In this document: in pieces, positions 30,152-39,151 of the stretch
Layout of the letters: the number at the start of each line of letters is the position of its first letter
How positions within the stretch are numbered: the stretch's first letter is position 1
NCBI GenBank assembly: GCA_964518955.1
Contig: CAZFHS010000005.1
Span: 67,175-131,174, forward strand
Direction: 5' to 3'
Origin: an uncultured Gemmatimonadaceae bacterium
GTDB lineage: Bacteria; Gemmatimonadota; Gemmatimonadetes; Gemmatimonadales; GWC2-71-9
DNA length: 64,000 nucleotides
Translations under genes and position numbers: made by a program
The notes under the pieces: generated by a model
What the model saw: only the letters and a program-made list of their open reading frames with translations
The model's database searches: none
Told to the model about the DNA's origin: nothing

Positions 30152-31753
30152 ATGACGGCACGGTTGACGTTTCTCACAGGTAGTCGTGCAGGTACGGTGT
30201 TCGAACTGTGCGAAGGAGACTCGACGATCGGCCGAGATCCAACTTGCGACATCCTCTTTTCTCCGAACGAAGTTCTGGTTTCGGCCAAACATGCATCTCT
30301 CTCGTTCCGAGACGGTACATACGTTCTGCACGATGAAGGCAGTAGAAACGGCACATTCGTGAACGGCGAACGTGTGACTGAGGACCGCGTTCTCGAGCAT
30401 GGTGACCTCGTCCAATTTGGTGCCGGTGGACCTGGCTGTCGTTTCGTGATCGGTACAGGGCCCGAACCGATGCCAACGTTGGATCCCCGCGAACTTGCCC
30501 ATGCATCCGAGGTATTCAGTGCAACTCGGATGTCCGATGAGCCGAAAGGCCCGCCGGGCGGACGAGAGATTTCCACTACGCGGGACATGGTCGCGGTCGC
30601 CGTGAGCCGCGGGGCCAAGAACCGGAGAGCTCTGCTCGTGTTAGCCGCGGTTGCCGCCTTGGCTATTGGTGTGGCATTCGTCTGGCAGCAGGTGGACAGG
30701 GCCGAACTGGAGCGGGCACTTGGCGAACTATCCGAGTCGTTGGCAACAGAGAGAGATTCTAGATCGGCGCTCGAAGCGGACATAGTGACCTTTCAGCAAC
30801 GCGCCGACTCTCTTCAGGCGCTGCTCGCGGAGGAACAACAAAGGGTTGCCAACGACCCGAGAATCGACGCCGATGCCGTTAGAGAGCTATCCAGGGGCGT
30901 GGCCCTGTTGGTGTACACCTACGGGTATGCCGAAGTTGACGGAGACCGGCTACTCAGATACGACGTTGACGATCGTGGAATCGTCAGGTTCGAGCCGGGG
31001 CCGGGGGGACGACCCACACCCAGGCTCTCATTCGGCGGAGCTGGAGACCCAGTTCAACATCAAGGTACGGCGACCGGTTTTCTGATCGATTCGGCCGGTG
31101 TATTGCTAACCAACCGCCATGTCGCCGAGCCATGGGCTAGGGACGAATATCTCTTGTTCTTGCGTTCACGAGGCCAAAACGTCGAAGGCAGATTCATCGA
31201 CCTGAGGGCATATTTCCCACCAGGTGGCCAAGATTACCCGTTGGAAGTCGAACGAGTCTCGAGGTTTGCGGATGTCGCAGTAGCCAGAATAGTTGGCACA
31301 CCCCCACGACCAACGGTGTTGCCATTGGCTGGAGCCGCCGGAACGGCCGGCCCAGGCGACCAACTCGTGCTCATAGCGTATCCGACAGGCCTGCGAAACC
31401 TGTTGTATCGCGAAAACAGGGCGGAGCGCGAGAGAATCCTGCAGGCCGTCGGCACCGACGACGTGCGCCTGCTCGCAGCAGAGCTAGCTTCGCGGAGACT
31501 CATCCAGCCCCTGATCACCAACGGAAGCATCAGCGATACAACCAGCAGAGAGGTCATTCACACCGCGGCCACTACGGTCGGAGCAAGCGGAGGCCCGCTG
31601 ATTGACCTCAGGCGCGGTGTTTTTGCAATTCATTATGCGAGCGTGCGATTCTCCGCCAGCGACCCATTTCGGACTCAACGAGGGGTCCCGATACGATATG
31701 CCTGGGATATTCTGCCTCTAGATGTGCGACGCAGTTTGGGGCGACGAAACTAA
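30152..31753 (+). CDS. FHA domain - TM - coiled coil - trypsin-like (S1C) serine protease fusion
   Basis: GGAG before ATG 30152. FHA motifs (TIGRDPTCDI..SAKHASL..VLHDEGSRNGTFVNGERV). TM helix ALLVLAAVAALAIGVAFVW. Protease His (LLTNRHVAEPW) and Ser (TVGASGGPLID) motifs. Confidence 0.75.
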   Translation: MTARLTFLTGSRAGTVFELCEGDSTIGRDPTCDILFSPNEVLVSAKHASLSFRDGTYVLHDEGSRNGTFVNGERVTEDRVLEHGDLVQFGAGGPGCRFVIGTGPEPMPTLDPRELAHASEVFSATRMSDEPKGPPGGREISTTRDMVAVAVSRGAKNRRALLVLAAVAALAIGVAFVWQQVDRAELERALGELSESLATERDSRSALEADIVTFQQRADSLQALLAEEQQRVANDPRIDADAVRELSRGVALLVYTYGYAEVDGDRLLRYDVDDRGIVRFEPGPGGRPTPRLSFGGAGDPVQHQGTATGFLIDSAGVLLTNRHVAEPWARDEYLLFLRSRGQNVEGRFIDLRAYFPPGGQDYPLEVERVSRFADVAVARIVGTPPRPTVLPLAGAAGTAGPGDQLVLIAYPTGLRNLLYRENRAERERILQAVGTDDVRLLAAELASRRLIQPLITNGSISDTTSREVIHTAATTVGASGGPLIDLRRGVFAIHYASVRFSASDPFRTQRGVPIRYAWDILPLDVRRSLGRRN

Positions 31754-33002
31754 AGGACAAGTACGTCGTATACTGCATGCCGATGCCGACGCGTTCTTTG
31801 TGGCTGTCGCTAGACTCGTCGATCCTGAAGGTGCAGGCACCGAGCCTCTTTTGATCGTCGGCGGCTCCGCCAAATCCCGCGGCGTCGTCACCTCTGCCTC
31901 TTACGAAACCCGGAAGTTCGGGGTGCGTTCTGGCATGCCCATGTCTCAGGCGTTGCGGCTCTGCCCGAATGCATACTGCACTCCCGTACCAGGTAGTGCC
32001 TGCCGAGAAAAAAGTCGTGAGGTCAGGCAGGTATTGGAGCGACTAACGCCCGTTGTTGAGCAGGCAAGCGTGGATGAGTTCTATATCGACCTCACCGGCA
32101 CAGAGCGTCTCTACAAAAATGCTCCCCTTGCCCAGACAGCAAGTGAGATACGCCAGGCAGTCTTGGACGAAACCGGGATCGCGGTGTCAATAGGTGGCGG
32201 CACCTCGAGACTCGTGGCCAAACTCGCCGCAAAAAACGCAAAGCCACACCGCGGGTGTGCGACCGGAGTAGTAATAATCGCTCCTGGCAAAGAGCAAGAG
32301 TTTCTAGCCGAGCTCAAACTGGCGGATATTCCCGGAGTTGGGCCGCGGTTTCAGGAACGACTAGCAGAACGCGGATTGCGTTCGGTTCGTGATGCGCTCG
32401 CGTTGAGCGAAGAGGAGTTGTCCGGTTGGCTCGGAGATCGCGCCGGGAGGTGGATATACCGGAAGATCAGGGCGATGGACGCTGCACCAGTGGCCAGGCA
32501 GAGTGTCGCCAAGTCGATGAGTCACGAACATACCTTCGCCACTGATCTGCACCACGACGGGGAGATCGACAAAGAACTTCAGAGATTGGCACTGCGTGTT
32601 TCGGCCGATATGAGGGCAAAAGGGAGGAAGGCACGGACAATAACAGTGAAGTTACGGGACGCGGACTTCACAACGCGTCAGGCAAGCCGGACCCTGCCCA
32701 CCGCGGTGGCATCAGACAACACCATAAGCGATGTCGCTCGAGAACTGACACGCAAACTGCGAAAGAAACGCAAGATGGGAGTCCGGCTTCTCGGGGTATC
32801 GGTTTCGAAGTTCGAAGAAAACAAAGAACTGAGTGAACAACTCTCACTTCTCGACGGCGAGATCGAGAAAGAAGAACCTCTTCTGCAGGCTGTTGACAGT
32901 ATCAACGAAAAATTCGGCACACAGAGCATCGTGCGTGCGAGCACCGTCGACTCCGTCAATTCGTCGCAAAAAGAACCACCAAATGGACAATCCGTCTCAT
33001 GA
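31722..33002 (+). CDS. dinB: DNA polymerase IV (Y-family)
   Basis: ILHADADAFFVAVA, SVDEFYIDLTG and SIGGGTSRLVAKLA motifs. Start codon uncertain. Confidence 0.85.
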   Translation: MCDAVWGDETKGQVRRILHADADAFFVAVARLVDPEGAGTEPLLIVGGSAKSRGVVTSASYETRKFGVRSGMPMSQALRLCPNAYCTPVPGSACREKSREVRQVLERLTPVVEQASVDEFYIDLTGTERLYKNAPLAQTASEIRQAVLDETGIAVSIGGGTSRLVAKLAAKNAKPHRGCATGVVIIAPGKEQEFLAELKLADIPGVGPRFQERLAERGLRSVRDALALSEEELSGWLGDRAGRWIYRKIRAMDAAPVARQSVAKSMSHEHTFATDLHHDGEIDKELQRLALRVSADMRAKGRKARTITVKLRDADFTTRQASRTLPTAVASDNTISDVARELTRKLRKKRKMGVRLLGVSVSKFEENKELSEQLSLLDGEIEKEEPLLQAVDSINEKFGTQSIVRASTVDSVNSSQKEPPNGQSVS

Positions 33003-33242
33003 AGTGGACGGAATGCCAGTAATCGAATTAGCGTAACTACTTACAATACAACGATTTACATCATGGCACGCATCTAGCAAAGACCTTTAGCGGGGACGGT
33101 ACGAGCGTTTTCCCCATTGAGGTTGTGGTAACACAGATAGGTTGCCACTATGCACACTGGCTGGCGCTTCGGCCCAGACCCTCGCCATATTCAAGAGAGT
33201 GCAGGTCGTACGCGACCAGCCAACGGTGAACTGGAGGTTGAT

Positions 33243-35039
33243 ATGCTGAGCGTGTTGATGTTCTCGCTGACTGTAGCTGTCGCAGATGTCCCGGACATGC
33301 CGATGACAGCATTTACTCAGCAGGGCGATCCTCCCGTAAAGCTCTGGTTGAGCGAAGATCATCCTCGCCTGGGCGACCGCGTGCGGGTCGATGTCCGCAC
33401 GGAAGACGATGGCTACTTGCTCGTGTTGCATTCCGAGCCGGACGGACGTGTGCGAGTCCTGTTCCCACTCGATCCGATCCATGACAACTTCGTCAGAGGT
33501 GGCGACGAATTCGAAATTCGCGGGCGCGGCGATCGCGACGCGTTCCGCGTATACGCGTCCGAGGGAGTGGGTACCGTTTTCGCTGCGTTTTCTCGTGATC
33601 CATTCCAGTTCGAGCAATATTTGCGCGGCGATCACTGGGATTATGGTCTCAGAGACGTGTGGTACGTCGCCGAAGACCCCGAACCGGAGATTACCGACCT
33701 GGTTCTTCGCCTGGCTTCGGGCGCATATTTTGACTACGACTTCGTGCAGTACGGCGTGGGCGAAACTGTCGTCGCCGCCAGACAGCAAACACATCTCTCA
33801 CTTTACTCTGACCCGTACTATTACGGCGGTGTCAACGTCGGCATAAATGTCGGCGGATACTACGATCCGTTCTGGTCGTACCGACCCTATTGGAGAGTAG
33901 GATTCATGGGATGGCCTTCGCGATACTATGCGCGGAGTGCATGCTACCGTTGGGGTGGTTGGGGTTGCTACGACCCATTCTATTGGGGCGGGTACTACGA
34001 TCCATGGCACTATGGGTACGGGTACGGGTACGGGTACGGTTATGGCTACGGATACGGCTATGGGTACTACGACTACTATCCCAGATACCGCTACCGCAGC
34101 CCCACTGTCGTAGTGTACGGTGACAACAGGCTCCGAAGCACGTCCCGCACTCGGCTGACGCCGTCAAACAGCACTAGCAGAACCAGGCGGGCTTACGTTG
34201 GTACGCTGGGTTCATCGGTAAGGCGTACATCGGCAGCCAATGCGACGTCGGCGAGCGCGAGGAGATTGGTCGCCTCGAGTCGCAGCGAGCCACAATCGCC
34301 CAGGCGCGTGTCAGCAGACGGTGGACGTAGGACGGTGAACAGTCCACGCACGGCCACGACTGCGCGGTCGACCTCGACAAACGTCCGTCGGACCACCGAT
34401 GCTTCGAGGCGCACGGTAAATGCGACTGCGCAGCAACCGACACGGCGTGTGACTAGTCAGACCACGACAACACGTCGGACAACCCCGACACGTGTTACGT
34501 CGATGACTCGTCGTTCGACTTCGGCTGCCCGCGCAACCCCGACGCGCAGCACGACCACGCGTCAGGCAACGCCGAGTCGGAGTACCAACACAACGCGCCG
34601 TGCAACTCCGACGCGTAGCACGACCACGACGCGACGCGCGGTGCCGACTCGCAGTACGACAACTCGTCGGGCGACACCGAGCCGCTCAGTAACAACACGG
34701 AGCGCGCCGGTACGTTCGAGCCGTCCGAGTAGCTCGCGGAGCACGCCGGTACGTTCGAGCCGTCCGAGCACATCGCGGAGTACGCCGGTACGGTCGAGCC
34801 GTCCGAGCACAACGCGGAGTACGCCGGTACGGTCGAGTCGTCCGAGCACATCGCGGAGTACGCCGGTGCGGTCGAGCCGTCCGAGCTCAGCGCGGAGTAC
34901 GCCGGTGCGGTCGAGCCGTCCGAGCTCAGCGCGGAGTGCTCCGGTTAGGTCTAGCGGTTCCAGTGCTGCACGTAGCTCGGGAGCTAGAACCAGCGGATCG
35001 AGGAAGCCCGCTACCAGTGGAGGTAGGCGTAAGCCGTAG
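33243..35039 (+). CDS. secreted DUF4384-like protein with aromatic/Gly-rich region and Arg/Ser/Thr/Pro repeat tail
   Basis: Start at MLSVLMFSLTVAVA. DUF4384-like segment (DRVRVDVRTEDDGYLLVLHSEPDGRVRVLFP). Then a W/Y/G-rich block with (GY)9, then ~300 aa made almost only of R, S, T, P, A and V. Confidence 0.6.
   Translation: MLSVLMFSLTVAVADVPDMPMTAFTQQGDPPVKLWLSEDHPRLGDRVRVDVRTEDDGYLLVLHSEPDGRVRVLFPLDPIHDNFVRGGDEFEIRGRGDRDAFRVYASEGVGTVFAAFSRDPFQFEQYLRGDHWDYGLRDVWYVAEDPEPEITDLVLRLASGAYFDYDFVQYGVGETVVAARQQTHLSLYSDPYYYGGVNVGINVGGYYDPFWSYRPYWRVGFMGWPSRYYARSACYRWGGWGCYDPFYWGGYYDPWHYGYGYGYGYGYGYGYGYGYYDYYPRYRYRSPTVVVYGDNRLRSTSRTRLTPSNSTSRTRRAYVGTLGSSVRRTSAANATSASARRLVASSRSEPQSPRRVSADGGRRTVNSPRTATTARSTSTNVRRTTDASRRTVNATAQQPTRRVTSQTTTTRRTTPTRVTSMTRRSTSAARATPTRSTTTRQATPSRSTNTTRRATPTRSTTTTRRAVPTRSTTTRRATPSRSVTTRSAPVRSSRPSSSRSTPVRSSRPSTSRSTPVRSSRPSTTRSTPVRSSRPSTSRSTPVRSSRPSSARSTPVRSSRPSSARSAPVRSSGSSAARSSGARTSGSRKPATSGGRRKP
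34014..34067 (+). repeat. hexanucleotide GGNTAY x9 (first four units perfect GGGTAC) encoding (GY)n
   Basis: Read directly: gggtac x4, then ggttat ggctac ggatac ggctat gggtac. Confidence 0.9.
34701..34934 (+). repeat. 39-nt tandem repeat x6 (plus a degenerate 7th) encoding STPVRSSRPS(T/S)(S/A)R units
   Basis: Unit boundaries 34701, 34740, 34779, 34818, 34857, 34896. Units 5 and 6 look identical by eye. Confidence 0.9.
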
Positions 35040-35065
35040 TTGGATCGGTCTTGTGGATTTCAAAA

Positions 35066-35095
35066 GGGGTACAGCGATGCTGTGCCCCTTTTTTT
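35066..35095 (+). terminator. rho-independent terminator (possibly bidirectional)
   Basis: GGGGTACAGC-GAT-GCTGTGCCCC stem with one G.U pair, followed by T7. AAAA precedes it, so it could also serve the convergent minus-strand gene. Confidence 0.7.
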
Positions 35096-35119
35096 AGTGT
35101 TGACGAATGCCCCGTGAAG

Positions 35120-35998
35120 TCAGCAAACTCGTTCCAAAGGGCGCGTGAGGCAGGTTGGGCCACCCGCGCCTTTTTTCGAAATCTCCTCACCTGAGAATTC
35201 CAGCACCTGCACGCCCAGGTCTTCCAGCCGACTCTTGGTTTCCGGATTGCCAGTCAGCATGATGCAAACCCTCGGTGCTATCGCTAGAACGTTGATTCCC
35301 ATCGTGACAAATTCGGTGTCAGGCACTTCGACCAGCTCTATGCCACGATCGATCAGGGTTTCTCTGAACGGGACCGGCATCAGCGGCGAATAGACCAGCG
35401 AAAGGTCAACGTCGATTGGACTCAATATCGACATCAGGTGAAACACATCGGTCGGGCCCCGCCAGTGCGGCAAAGGAACCACGATCAGCTCGTCGACCGC
35501 GTCGCCAAGCAGCGACCGCAGCTGCCTTATACCCTCGTCGTTGGTTCGGTACCCCCTACCCACCACAAGCGTACGATCGCTTATCCACGCGACGTCCCCG
35601 CCCTCGACAGTTCCCGCTCCTGAAACCGAGCCGACGATCGGAATTCCCAGGTTACGAAACTCTGCTTCCTGGGCTGCTGGCTCTTGGCTGCGGGACGGTT
35701 TTCCCATATTGCAGAGGATAGCGCCCTTGTCGCAGACGATTGCAGCATCGCGAACATAGATGGAGTCGAGGCCGGTGTCGGGCGCACCTGGCACATAGTG
35801 CACCTCGATCCCGGCCTCAAGAAACAACTCAACGAACGCGTCGTACTCGCGCACTGCAAGCTCAAAAACCGGGCGAGCCTCATAGTTGAGGTCTTCCCAT
35901 TGTTCGTTGACGACCGCGTTCGACCTGAACGCATCCTCGGGGCGCTTCAGCAATAAACGTCGAATCGCGCCTACTTCAGATTGCCTGGTCTCACCCAC
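35120..35998 (-). CDS. dimethylarginine dimethylaminohydrolase / amidinotransferase-superfamily enzyme
   Basis: 292 aa. Pentein-fold pattern with the catalytic Cys near the C-terminus (GAGGPTCLTRPL). VHLMS and GGDV segments are present. Confidence 0.6.
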   Translation of the reverse strand: MGETRQSEVGAIRRLLLKRPEDAFRSNAVVNEQWEDLNYEARPVFELAVREYDAFVELFLEAGIEVHYVPGAPDTGLDSIYVRDAAIVCDKGAILCNMGKPSRSQEPAAQEAEFRNLGIPIVGSVSGAGTVEGGDVAWISDRTLVVGRGYRTNDEGIRQLRSLLGDAVDELIVVPLPHWRGPTDVFHLMSILSPIDVDLSLVYSPLMPVPFRETLIDRGIELVEVPDTEFVTMGINVLAIAPRVCIMLTGNPETKSRLEDLGVQVLEFSGEEISKKGAGGPTCLTRPLERVC

Positions 35999-36009
35999 GC
36001 AATGTCTCC

Positions 36010-38079
36010 TTACTCGGATTCGATATTGGAACCCGGCAGCGGAGTCCCTGTGCGGAGGTGCCGGAGCTTTTCGCTGGGCCCCATGACGAGCATTACGTCG
36101 TCCTCTTTGAATACGTATCCAGCGTCGGGGGCTGTTTCGAGACGTTCCGCTCCGTCGGCGGAAAGCTGCTTGATCATCAACACGCTCACGCCGAAGCTTT
36201 GACGAACATTCATACCCTTCATGCTGCGGCCGACGAACTGGTGCGGTACTGGTATCTCGGCCACAACCGTGTCCTGAGCCGCCGGCACAGATTCGACGGT
36301 ACGGTCCTGGCTCACCGCGGCAACCATGCTCCGAGCCATGTCACGTTTGAATACTTCCGTGTTGTACCGCTCGATCACGTCCTTGGGCCATATCACACCG
36401 ACGAGGCGCTCACCCTCTAGCACCGGCACCTCTCCTCGATATTGTCCGAGGTGTCGCATCACGTCGGCAAGTGATGCGTCTGCGGAAACGGTGGGAAAAT
36501 CTCCCTCCACCATGACGTCTTGCGCTATCACCAAGGCATCGAGAGCAGAGGCATCATTCATGAGAGGTCTAATTTCGTCGGCTGTGATCACCCCGTGAAG
36601 TCTGTTCTCATCGTCTGTCACAAACAGAGTGGTGCCGGAATGTCCAATGAATTGAGTTACAAGCGACCCGAGTCTATCCTCCGGACTCGCAGTAACCATC
36701 TCGGTTCTAACAACCTCGCGCACCGATACCGGTTCCAGGACGTTCACCGCCCGGCCCTTGAAGATGTCTATGCCGCGCCTGAGCAGTTTGAGAGTGTAGA
36801 TCGACGAAGTCTGTAATCGGGTGGCGAGCAGCGTCGCGATGATACAACTGATCATCAACGGCAGGATAATATTGTACTCGCCCGTCAGCTCGAAGATGAT
36901 GAGTATCGCGGTGATCGGCGCATGTGTCCCCGCAGCTACCAGAGCGCCCATGCCCACGAGTGCGTACGCGCCCGGACCTGCGGTGCTTGCCGGCCAAAGG
37001 AGGTTCACGACGGTTCCGACACCACCGCCCAACATAGCTCCTATGAAAAGCGACGGAGCGAAGATCCCGCCGGAGCCACCGGACCCGATGGTAATCGCGA
37101 CCGCCAGAATCTTGAATGCGACCAGCATCAGCATGAAGTGCCACAGCATCGTGCCATTCAAAGCTTCATTGATGGCCTCATATCCGACGCCGAATACGTG
37201 TGGGAACCATATGCCGATGACGCCCACCAACGCCCCACCCATTAATCCTTTGAGCGACGGGTGCCAGGAGATCTTATCGAAGAGATCCTCAGTGGCGTAA
37301 AGAGCCCGAATGAACGCGAGCGCGACGAGGCCTGCTAGGATGCCCAGCGCCGCATACGCAAACAGCTCGTTGGCGTGAACGAGGCTGTAGGAGGGCACCT
37401 CGAACGCAGGAAAGTCACCGAGGTATCTGTGACTAACTACGGTGGCAGCGACGGATGATATGACAATCGGAGAAAACTGCGCTACGCCGAAGTCGCCTAG
37501 GATGATCTCGACGGCAAACAGCGCACCCGCCACGGGGGCGTTGAAAGTGCCGGCGATACCTGCGGCGGCCCCACATCCGACTAGTGTTCTGAGCCTCTGC
37601 TGATCGATTTTGAGGACTTGCCCGACGGTAGATCCCAACGCCGACCCGATTTGTACGATCGGGCCTTCCCGCCCCACCGATCCACCAGATGCAATGCTGA
37701 TACCCGAGGCGAACATCTTTGCAATCACGACTCGGGGCCTGATTCGGCCACCCCGCAGCGCCACCGCCTCCATCACCTCTGGGACTCCGTGTCCCTTGGC
37801 CTCTCTAGCGAAACGATACGTAATGAACCCCACGATCAAACCGCCCACTGCGGGAGCGAGGATCTTCCACCAGAATGGCAAACCGTAGATGTACTCGAGG
37901 GTGTATTGGCCCTGGTGCCAAGCCACTCGATTGAGGTTCTGAATCAGAAGGCGGAAGCCCACTGCGCAGAACCCGGCGAGCAATCCGATGACGACCGATA
38001 CCAACACCATGTACACCTGCTCGGTCTCTCTGAGACTGTCGTGCAGGCGTCGTATCAGTGAAATCGAAGCCTTGATCAT
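36010..38079 (-). CDS. ClC chloride channel with CBS pair and TrkA-C-like C-terminal domain
   Basis: Selectivity motifs GSVGREGP, GIAGTFNAP and GGIFAPSLFIG. Followed by two CBS-like repeats and a C-terminal RCK_C-like segment. Confidence 0.85.
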   Translation of the reverse strand: MIKASISLIRRLHDSLRETEQVYMVLVSVVIGLLAGFCAVGFRLLIQNLNRVAWHQGQYTLEYIYGLPFWWKILAPAVGGLIVGFITYRFAREAKGHGVPEVMEAVALRGGRIRPRVVIAKMFASGISIASGGSVGREGPIVQIGSALGSTVGQVLKIDQQRLRTLVGCGAAAGIAGTFNAPVAGALFAVEIILGDFGVAQFSPIVISSVAATVVSHRYLGDFPAFEVPSYSLVHANELFAYAALGILAGLVALAFIRALYATEDLFDKISWHPSLKGLMGGALVGVIGIWFPHVFGVGYEAINEALNGTMLWHFMLMLVAFKILAVAITIGSGGSGGIFAPSLFIGAMLGGGVGTVVNLLWPASTAGPGAYALVGMGALVAAGTHAPITAILIIFELTGEYNIILPLMISCIIATLLATRLQTSSIYTLKLLRRGIDIFKGRAVNVLEPVSVREVVRTEMVTASPEDRLGSLVTQFIGHSGTTLFVTDDENRLHGVITADEIRPLMNDASALDALVIAQDVMVEGDFPTVSADASLADVMRHLGQYRGEVPVLEGERLVGVIWPKDVIERYNTEVFKRDMARSMVAAVSQDRTVESVPAAQDTVVAEIPVPHQFVGRSMKGMNVRQSFGVSVLMIKQLSADGAERLETAPDAGYVFKEDDVMLVMGPSEKLRHLRTGTPLPGSNIESE

Positions 38080-38265
38080 TCATGAATTCCGTTGTTGGCC
38101 CAAGGCAAGATACACTTTCGGCGCAGAGGTGCAGAGATGCAGAGGTGCGGCGGTGCAAATTGCGGGATCTTCGACTATGCTTCACGCCGCGTTCCGCAAT
38201 CAGCCGTGCGCTCGCAAACGACGTATAACGATCTCCTAGCGCCCAATGGAGGATGAAACAGGACA

Positions 38266-39132
38266 ATGTCTTTGGCAATTCGGGGTCGCCCGACGCTCGT
38301 GGTTATGCTCTACACAGCGGCGTTTGTAATCATGACGCCGTCGCAGAATGTATCGGCCCAAGACGTGAAACGCCTCTTCCTATCACGAGATTACGAGGTT
38401 CGGCTGCTGGCTGATCCGCATGCAGCAGTCTCCGGAGCCAAGCTCGTTTTCAATGCCAGCGGCCCTAGTGAATTCGGCAACACCGTCGAAGGAGAGGCGG
38501 CGCTGGGTGCATCGGTTCCCATCTATCTGATTTCCGGCGACAGCCCGAAAAACGGAATGGTGGTGGGCACCCAGGGAGCTGTATTCGGTCGGTTCACGCT
38601 CACGACAATCACTCGCGATATGATCTCCACGGATTGGATCTTTGCAATCCCGTTAACGTGGCATCTCGATCGCAGCTGGGTACGAATCCGCTATCACCAT
38701 ACGAGCGCACACCTTGGTGATGAGTATATAGCCAGGTTCGATGCCAATGTCGGAGACTACAGTCGAGATGCAGCCGACTTCACTGGTTTCTACCAGGCTT
38801 CGCCAGGGTTCGCCCTGTATGGAGGAGGGAACTGGGCGTTCAACGTTCATCCGGATGGTGCGCGGAGGTTTCTGGGACGTGCCGGAATCCAGGCTGAGGA
38901 AGATGACGGCGGACGCTCGGTCGCGCCATATGGTGCTGCGGATGTTCAGTGGGAACAAAACAACTCCTGGGAACCCCGCCTCAACATCCAGCTTGGATTG
39001 CGGCTACCTGATATTTCAGGGCGGCGAAAACTCCGGATCGCATTCGAGTTCCTCACCGGTCCTTCCCCTCAAGGTCAATTCAGGGAAGAGCCGGTCAGAC
39101 ATTTCACTCTTGGTTTTTATATCGATCCCTGA
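38266..39132 (+). CDS. DUF1207-like exported protein
   Basis: Signal peptide. IRYHHTSAHLGDEY matches what I remember of the DUF1207 family motif. Confidence 0.45.
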   Translation: MSLAIRGRPTLVVMLYTAAFVIMTPSQNVSAQDVKRLFLSRDYEVRLLADPHAAVSGAKLVFNASGPSEFGNTVEGEAALGASVPIYLISGDSPKNGMVVGTQGAVFGRFTLTTITRDMISTDWIFAIPLTWHLDRSWVRIRYHHTSAHLGDEYIARFDANVGDYSRDAADFTGFYQASPGFALYGGGNWAFNVHPDGARRFLGRAGIQAEEDDGGRSVAPYGAADVQWEQNNSWEPRLNIQLGLRLPDISGRRKLRIAFEFLTGPSPQGQFREEPVRHFTLGFYIDP

Positions 39133-39151
39133 CGCGCTTCGCCCCTCGCCT

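Noticed and set aside
30112-30783. 223-aa minus-strand ORF
   Set aside because: It is antisense to the FHA-domain region, whose motifs are unambiguous. Its Ser/Ala/Arg-rich composition is shadow-like.
33087-33794. 235-aa minus-strand ORF
   Set aside because: It is antisense to the DUF4384-like gene, with no motifs or RBS. The plus-strand product has a signal peptide and a recognisable domain.
34701-34934. CRISPR-like regular repeats
   Set aside because: The units are contiguous 39-nt tandem repeats without spacers. They lie inside a coding frame and translate to a 13-aa peptide repeat. This is not a CRISPR array.
38080-38265. Fluoride (crcB-motif) riboswitch upstream of the ClC gene
   Set aside because: No GGCGAUGG...CCGCC...CUGAUGAUGCC-type core is visible on the minus strand. 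This ClC also carries CBS and RCK_C domains, unlike the fluoride-specific CLC-F subfamily.
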